Positions 55,796-64,000 of a DNA stretch of 64,000 bases are shown one piece after another. A program made the position numbers and the translations under genes. Location of the stretch: assembly GCA_964016885.1 (NCBI GenBank), contig OZ024748.1, forward strand, positions 52,080,001 through 52,144,000, in the 5' to 3' direction. This DNA comes from Eledone cirrhosa. Its lineage: Eukaryota. The notes under the pieces were generated by a model, which was not told the origin of the DNA, ran no database searches, and saw only the letters and a list, made by a program, of their open reading frames with translations. The first letter of the stretch is position 1. Each line of letters begins with the position of its first letter.

Positions 55796-56215
55796 GTTGC
55801 CAGATAGATAAGTGGGTAGATAGGTAGATAAACAGACAGATAGATAGTTATATATACAGATAAATAGATAGATAGGTATATCAATATGCGATTAAATAAA
55901 TAGATTTATCAATTATTTTGATTTAATTTGTGAAATTTACTTGGTCTGGATGACTCAGGTATCTTTAAAACTATATGCTCATTTAAGTGTGATTCTCTAC
56001 AGAAATAAATAACTATGCATGTGTTTTTCTGTATTATATACATATACTTAAACATAAATTACATTTATAAGGATGATAATATATATACATGGTGTCCCCC
56101 AAAATATATACACACTTCAACAGCATTCTAATCAAAGTGTGTATATATTTTGGGGGGAACACTCTGTATATATATATATAAATACATATATACACACACA
56201 TATATATATATATAT

Positions 56216-56262
<47 letters not shown>

Positions 56263-56548
56263 GAAGGTGGGGGAGAGGGAGAGAAGAGGGGAAAGGTGGG
56301 AGAGAAGGGGGGGAAAGGTGGGAGAGAAGGAGGGGAAAGGTGGGAGAGAAGGAGGGGAAAGGTGCGAGAGAGAAAGATATATAATGATAAAATTAATTGT
56401 AATTATATTTACAGAAATAATATCAGGAGTGATGAGAAATATGTAGTTAATCTAAACACTGTGAGTTTATATTAATGAGTATTCACTATCATTATCACCA
56501 TTATTATCACTATATATATATATATATATGATATTACATATAAATGCA

Positions 56549-56622
<74 letters not shown>

Positions 56623-56707
56623 GAGGTTATATTTAATTTATATTTAATTTAATGGTTGCATTTTTTCAGGGTGTGTCAATATTTATTCATAAAACTAACC
56701 TATATTA

Positions 56708-56773
56708 TATTTTATCTGATGAAAGCGCACCATAGTTTGCCTTGGTGGCCCTTGAAATATGTATAGTGAAATA
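56708..56773 (+). ncRNA. Type I hammerhead ribozyme (family 1), intact core
   Basis: TATTTTAT-CTGATGA-AAGCGCACCA..TGGTGGCCCTT-GAAA-TATGTA-TA-GTGAAATA. Confidence 0.75.
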
Positions 56774-56886
56774 AATATGGTTTTATAAATATAGTTTCCA
56801 TTTATTAATATATTGTATATATATTATATATATATATATATTATATAAATTACACAATAATCAAAACTATGTTCAAATCATTTTAT

Positions 56887-56933
56887 TGCTGACAATCGTT
56901 TCTTCCAAACTTTCGTTTGGAATCCTCAGAACA
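56887..56933 (-). ncRNA. Type I hammerhead ribozyme (family 3), intact core with GUC triplet
   Basis: Minus strand: TGTT-CTGAGGA-TTCCAAAC GAAA GTTTGGAA-GAAA-CGATTG-TC-AGCA. Perfect 8-bp stem II with GNRA loop; near-palindromic stem III ACGATTGT; AATAAA just downstream. Confidence 0.85.
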
Positions 56934-57323
56934 CTAGCAATGTTTGGACATATAATTAACTTCCTATTCAACTGAACAATCATATATGGATATTAATGTT
57001 GTCATCAACAGTTTCGTATTTACAGAGTGGAATGGATGTGACAGAGATTACAAGAGAATTGTATAATAATTAAAGCAGTATAGAGAGTGCAAATGCTTTA
57101 GGCATATACAGGACAGTTAGGTAGGAAACAAGCAATGGTACTAGGCATATATAATTACTGCATGGCAAAGGTATCACATAACATAACATAGGTTTACAAG
57201 CATATCAAGCAGGCAAAGGTGTTTGTGCATTAAAATTATGAGTTTATGGTGGATGTAGTGTGACAATTGTTTCTGTAATGTTCAAATGAGCATGTGTTGA
57301 GAGTATTTATTATTATTGTTATA

Positions 57324-57730
57324 AGGGCCGGTGGATTGGCAGTATCGGTAGAGAGTCGGACGCCATGCTTTGACGCATAGAGTTACGGCCCTTTACGGTC
57401 TGAGTTCAAATTCCACCAAGGTTTACTTTGCCTTTCATTCTTACGGGGTCGATAAAATGAAGTACCAGTAATACACTGGGATAATTCCTGGCCTTGTGCC
57501 TAAAGTAGAAACAATTATTATTATTGTTATAAAGGGTGGGGGATTGGCAGTATCGGTAGAGGGTCGGACGCCATGCTTTGCAGCACAGTTACGTCCCTTT
57601 ACAGACTGAGTTCAAATCCCGCCGAGGTTAACTTTGCCTTTCATCCTTACGGGGTCGATAAAATGAAGTACCAGTAATGCACTGGGTAATTGCTGGCTTT
57701 GTGCCTAAAGTAGAAACAATTATTATTATT
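57324..57730 (+). mobile_element. Two tandem full-length family B SINEs
   Basis: Head-to-tail copies at about 57324-57520 and 57533-57730, each ending in (ATT)n. Confidence 0.9.
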
Positions 57731-57936
57731 GCTATCTTTTCCATTACATTGGTTATATTTTATTTTAGTGAGTGTTTATAATAAGATACAGCTATGGATT
57801 ATATATTGGTCCTGTTATACTGTTGTCCCGGGTTTGAGTTCTTCTGGAGTGATTCTTCTAACGGTTTAATTTATATTCCTGCTCTGTAAAACATCTGATG
57901 TATTTACATAGAGCTATTTTTCTTACTGGTAATAAA

Positions 57937-58168
57937 AATAAAAAAAAAAGGAACGATCGACTTTCGTCAAATCGGACCGAGGGAACAATGTTTCCGTTGG
58001 TCTTTCCAATTGCTAATACTATCTATCGGTCGCAACTCCAAGTAGAAGGAGCACCGTGAAATAAAGTGTCTTACTCAAGGACATAACGCATCACCTGGTT
58101 CAGGAATCGAACTCACAACCTTACGATTGCGAATCCAATTCTCTAACCACTCAGCCACACGCCTTCAC
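57937..58168 (-). mobile_element. Family D SINE with T-rich tail and 11-bp TSD
   Basis: A-box TGGCTGAGTGG, B-box GAGTTCGATTC; TSD ACTGGTAATAA. An uninterrupted paralog of the target lies at about 42180-42265. Confidence 0.9.
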
Positions 58169-58254
58169 ACTGGTAATAAGGTAGTAATAAATTACTGACC
58201 TTTCCTCTTTATAGTTGTATATAGTGTATATATAACTAAAAACAATATTATTAT

Positions 58255-58288
<34 letters not shown>

Positions 58289-58373
58289 CTAGTATAGAAG
58301 ATAGACGTTAAACGATGATGATGATGATGCTATATATAACCCTTGCTAGCAAGAAAAATGGACATTAAATGAC

Positions 58374-58482
<109 letters not shown>

Positions 58483-58502
58483 TACATATATATATATGAT
58501 AT

Positions 58503-59133
58503 ACAGAAAAACATGGGACGAGCTGATAAATTCCGACCTCACACGCTTACACCTCTCCAAGACAATGTCACTGGACCGAGACCTTTGGCGGTACTCAGTA
58601 ATAGAGAAGACCCGCCTTACCTAAATACAAAGTAAAAACCTACTACAGTCAGTAGGCATCTCTATCAAAACACACCCCCGTCCCACCACCTCCACCCCAC
58701 CCACACCGCCCCTTTCAATGTAAAGTTATGTTGGTCCCACAACATCCAGGCCGAAACAAATGAGATCGTGTAGGTGTCATGACAAAAAACACACAGTCCA
58801 CGCTGTAAATGTGGCCGTGTAGGCAACACGGTAAAAACCTCCCAGCTCCACACTGTAAATGTGGTTGGTGTTAGGAAGGGCATCCAGCTGTAGAAAACCC
58901 GCCAGACAGTCCACGCTGTAATGTGGCCATGTAGGCAACACGGTAAAAACCTCCCAGTCCCACACTGTAAATGTGGTTGGTGTTAGGAAGGGCATCCAAC
59001 TGTAGAAAACCCGCCAGACAGTCCTATGCGAGCAAGACAACCACTCTTGCCTCAAGTGGGAAAACCCCCGTCCAAACCCATGCAAGCGTGGAACACGGAC
59101 GCTAAACCTGATGATGATGATGATGATGATGAT
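58503..59133 (+). mobile_element. RTE family A 3' fragment with a tandem duplication of about 120 bp in the 3' UTR
   Basis: RKTWDELINSDLTRLHLSKTMSLDRDLWRYSVIEKTRL, then the UTR; the block CAGTCCACGCTGTAA..GTAGAAAACCCGCCAGA occurs twice. Confidence 0.92.
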
Positions 59134-59239
59134 GATATATATATGATGTGATTGGATTTTGGTTTGATTTGTGTACAATTGAATATTACGTGTTTATTGT
59201 GTGTGTGTGTGCATATAGTGCATACACGTGTGAGTATCT

Positions 59240-59275
<36 letters not shown>

Positions 59276-59622
59276 GTGCAATATAATAAATGTTGATGTG
59301 GCTTCTTTAAATAATATTTAATGTAATTTAATTAAAACAAGGATTAAATCTGAAGACAACTAACATAGAAGCCATCGGAATTGTACAAGGACGTTGATCA
59401 TGTCTACAGAGACAAGTGAAACAACAACAACAACAACAACGTACACTCTGATAACTAAAACGGTGATGATGATGGAAGAATAATAAATTTCTAATACAAA
59501 TCAAGTGAGGTTGCCATCTGCAACTCAAATGAGTATCAATATCATACCAGTTAACCAAATGAAAGAATGTCTTTGTGGTCATTTAATCTGCTAGATGTAG
59601 CAAGAAAATTCTCTTCGAAACA

Positions 59623-60000
59623 CATGTCTTACTACCTTCACACTTTCAGTACCAATATGACCAACACATCCTACTACCTTCACACTTTCAGTACCAACAT
59701 GACCAACACATCCTACTATCTTCACACTTTCAGTACCAACATGACCAACACATCTTACTACCTTCACACTTTCAGTACCAACATGACCAACACAGTCACT
59801 GGTTCTATCACAACACACCTTACTACCTTCTAGTTCTATTACAACACATCTTATTATCTTCACACTTTCAATACCAACATGACCAACACAGTCACTGGTT
59901 CTATCACAACACACCTTACTACCTTCTGGTTCTATTACAACACATCCTACTATCTTCACACTTTCAGTACCAACATGACCAACACAATCTCTGGTTCTAT
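59623..60000. repeat. 42-bp minisatellite with higher-order variants
   Basis: Unit TACTACCTTCACACTTTCAGTACCAACATGACCAACACATCC x4, then two longer composite units. Confidence 0.92.
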
Positions 60001-60611
60001 GAAACAAAATCATTCATTTTAAAGGTTCTGTAATAAAAAGCTGTTTATTTTGAAATTGTGAGACTTAGTGGTTAGAGAACTGGATTGACACTTGTGAGAT
60101 TGCGAGTTCAATTCCTGTACAAGACACTTTATTTGACATTGCACCTTCTGCCAGAAGCTGTCACTGGGAGATAGTATTCACAATTGTTTCCATGGTCTAA
60201 TCTGATGAGTTCTATCTCAGTAAGCAAATGATGTTTGGGATCTTGTTTGTTCTTCGATATTTATCTGAAAACTTTCCATCATAATTCTATGTAAAAACGT
60301 TTGTTAAGTTAGGTTGGTGCTTATCCTGGTTTCCATGAAGAGAAGCAACTGAGAGTAAAAGTTTCCCCTAGAGAGGACGCCAGTCCATCACAGGGTTAAA
60401 CTCCCAGTTACTGTTGGTATTCACTTTCAGCTTAGTATACTGGAGCAACGAGAAATGAAGTGTTTTGCTCAAGAACACAATACACAACCCAGTCCAGGAA
60501 TGGAACCCCCAACATTATGATCATAAGTCCAACACCCTTACCACTAGGCCATCTAACTCCACCCTCATATTGAGGGGAGGTCTATAGTCTATTTAACCAG
60601 CTTCAGCTTGT

Positions 60612-61826
60612 TGGTGATAATTATGGTGGTGGTGGTGGTGGTGGTGCCAGTGGTGATGATGGTGGTAGTGTGGTGGTGGTGATGATGATGGTGGTAGTGG
60701 TGGTGGTGCCAGTGGTGATGATAATGATAGTGGTGGTGATGATGATGATGATGGTGGTGATGATAATGGTGGTGATGATGGTGATGATTATGGTGTTGGT
60801 GATGATGGTGGTAGTGGCGGTGGTGCCAGTGGTGATGATAATGACAGTGGTGGTGGTGATGATGATGATGGTGGTGGTGGTGGTGGTGGTGGTGGCAGTG
60901 ATGATGATGATAATGATGGTGTTGGTGTTGATGGTGGTGGAGGAGGTGATGATGTAAATGATGATGATGATGGTGTTGGTGGTGGTGGTGGTGGAGAAGG
61001 TGATGATGTAAATGATGTAAATGATGATGATGATGGTGTTGGTGGTGGTTGGTGGTGGTGGAGGTGATGATGTAAATGATGATGATGGTGTTGGTGTTGG
61101 TGGTGGTGGAGGAGGTGATGATGTAAATGATGATGATGATGATGTTGGTGGTGTTGGTGGTGGTGGTGGTGGTGGAGGTGATGATGTAAATGATGATGAT
61201 GATGATGTTGGTGGTGTTGGTGGTGGTGGTGGTGGTGATGATGATGGTGTTGGTGGTGGTGGTGGAGGTGATGATGTAAATGATGATGATGATGGTGTTG
61301 GTGGTGGTGGTGGAGGTGGAGGAGGTGATGATGTAAATAATGATGTAAATGATGATGATGTTGGTGGTGGTGGTGGTGGTGGTGGAGGTGGAGGAGGTGA
61401 TGATGATGGTGTTGGTGTTGGTGGCGGTGGAGGAGGTGATGATGTAAATGATGATGATGATGATGTTGGTGGTGTTGGTGGTGGTGGTGGTGGTGGAGGT
61501 GATGATGTAAATGATGATGATGATGATGTTGGTGGTGTTGGTGGTGGTGGTGGTGGTGATGATGATGGTGTTGGTGGTGGTGGTGGAGGTGATGATGTAA
61601 ATGATGATGATGATGGTGTTGGTGGTGGTGGTGGTGGTGGAGGAGGTGATGATGTAAATAATGATGTAAATGATGATGATGTTGGTGGTGGTGGTGGTGG
61701 TGGTGGAGGTGGAGGAGGTGATGATGATGGTGTTGGTGTTGGTGGCGGTGGAGGAGGTGATGATGTAAATGATGATGATGATGATGGTGTTGGTGGTGGA
61801 GGTGGTGGAGGAGGTGACGATGATGA
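60612..61826. repeat. (GGT/GAT)n array with internal higher-order duplication
   Basis: GATGATGTAAAT-punctuated units; a block of several hundred bp is repeated twice. Confidence 0.93.
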
Positions 61827-61924
61827 GTGGTTGTGAAAATAACCAGGTAAAGTTTACGTTCTGAAAGTAAAATCTATGTTGTGAGATATTAAGCCATCTT
61901 GTTTATCAATGAGAGGAATGGAAA

Positions 61925-63400
61925 TCATCATCATCATCATCATCATCAACGTTTAACGTCCGTGTTCCACGCTTGCATGGGTTTGGACGGGGGTAGTCCC
62001 ACTTGAGGCAAGAGTGATTGTCTTGCTCGCATAGGACTGTCTGGCAGGTTTTCTACAGTTGGATGCCCTTCCTAACACCAACCACATTTACAGTGTGGGT
62101 CTGGGAGGTTTTTACCGTGTTGCCTACACGGCCACATTACAGCGTGGACTGTGTGTTTTTTTGTCGTGACACCTACACGATCTCATTTGTTTCGGCCTCG
62201 ATGGCGCGGCACCAACATAACTTTACATAGAACGGGGTGGTGTGGATGGGGTGGGGGTGGTGGTGGTGGGACGGGGTGTAGTTTGTTAGAGATGCCTACT
62301 GGCAAGGCGGGTCTTCTCTGTTACTGAGTACCGCCAAAGGTCACGGTCCAGTGACATTGTCTTGGAGAGGTGTAAGTGTGTGAGGTCGGAGTTTATCAGC
62401 TCATCCCATGTTTTTCTAGGTCTGCCTATTCCGTGGCTACCGTCTATCTTTATTGCCCTGCACTTTGTAATACAGCTATCGACTTTCATGCGCATCACGT
62501 GTCCATACCAACGCAGCCTTCTCTCGAGTAAACAACATCTGATCCCTCTTATCTCTAATTTTTTCCTTAGTTCGTTTATGCTTTGTCGTTCACGTATATT
62601 ACTGTTACACATCCAGCGGAGCATGCAAGCTTCGTTCCTCTCTAGTCTGCGTATATCCTCTGCACACAATGCCCAGGTCTCACTACCATGCAACATTGCT
62701 GTTCGTATGCAGGCATCGTACAACCTGCCTTTCATTTTTAGGGAGAACCCTTTAGCAGCTAATAGTGGTATAAGCTCTCTGAACTTTTTCCAACCAGTTC
62801 TGACTCTAGCTACAGTACTTTCAGAGCACCCTCCCCCACTGCTGATTTTATCGCCCAGGTAACGGAAGCTGTCCACTATTTCTATATAACCCTCTGCGCA
62901 ATTGAAAGAGCTAGTATTTTGTGGGCACTTGCCGCTACTTATTGCACCAGAACACCGGCCACATGTAAAGTCTATGTTCTTAGTTAGCTTACCTGTGATC
63001 CCACTACATCTTTTATGCACCCATACTTTGCATTTAGGACATAAGATGGAGTTTCTACCTACGCCTTTCCTACATACCGAGCACGACCATTTCCCAGAAG
63101 GGACCGCCGCCTTGTTTTCTTTCCTACAAACTAGAACTTTGGTCTTAGCCAGGTTAATTTTAAGTCCTTTTGACTCTAGGCCGTGCTTCCATGTTTGGAA
63201 TTTCTTCTCTAGCTCGGCCATTGATTCCGCTATGAGTGTCAGGTCGTCTGCGTATAGGAGTTCCCATGGGCAGCCTGTCTTGAACTCCTCTGTTATAGCC
63301 TGAAGGGCAATAATAAATAGTAGGGGGCTGAGAACAGAGCCCTGATGGACGCCAACTTTTACGCTAAACTCTTCACTATATTCGTTGTTGGAAATATGAA
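61925..63400 (-). mobile_element. 5'-truncated RTE LINE, family A, containing the RT catalytic core
   Basis: GVHQGSVLSPLLF...LLYADDL...GLKINLAKTKVL...FRYLG...RRLRWYGHVMR...GRPRKTW in an uninterrupted frame; 3' UTR and (GAT)n tail. Confidence 0.97.
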
Positions 63401-63504
63401 ATAAAAAAGACCAGTCATCATCATCATCATCATCACTGACATCATCAGCAACAACAACATACATAACAACAGTAAATCCACATACACACACATATATATG
63501 TATG

Positions 63505-63549
<45 letters not shown>

Positions 63550-63698
63550 GTATATTTATGTATATATGTATATGTATATATATCATCATCATCATCATCG
63601 TTTAACGTCCATCTTCCACGCTTGCATATATATATAAATATATATGTATATATATGTATGTATACATGTATATATATAAATATATTTATGTATACATG

Positions 63699-63780
<82 letters not shown>

Positions 63781-63784
63781 AATT

Positions 63785-63818
<34 letters not shown>

Positions 63819-63879
63819 AATATATATATATATTTATATATACATGTATATGTATATAAATATGTATATATATTTATGT

Positions 63880-63963
<84 letters not shown>

Positions 63964-64000
63964 TTATACATGGAAAGTTATATTTAAAATTGTTGGGTTA

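Overview
Non-coding, AT-rich, very microsatellite-dense metazoan DNA (intergenic or deep intronic). The SINE and RTE repertoire resembles an octopus or other coleoid cephalopod, which is inference from pattern recognition only. I find no supportable host exon; nearly all ORFs in the track are microsatellite translations. The real coding remnants are retrotransposons: RTE LINEs (one with the YADD RT core and a PHD-like finger inside the RT), a CR1-like 3' end, a Tx1/L1-like 3' end sitting in (GATA)n, an RLE-type (R4/Dong-like) 3' end and a decayed Penelope-like RT/GIY-YIG fragment. There are also several tRNA-derived SINE families, a non-autonomous Helitron, mariner/hAT/TTAA MITEs and large minisatellites. 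The main hidden signal is RNA-structural: about 13 type I hammerhead ribozyme motifs, about 5 with an intact core. They fall into several unrelated sequence families, most have palindromic (dimer-type) stem III, and they lie in short Penelope-terminal-repeat-like units beside (TA)n tracts. Several of these units form fold-back palindromes that pivot at or near the hammerhead. All structures and coordinates were read by eye; element boundaries are approximate.
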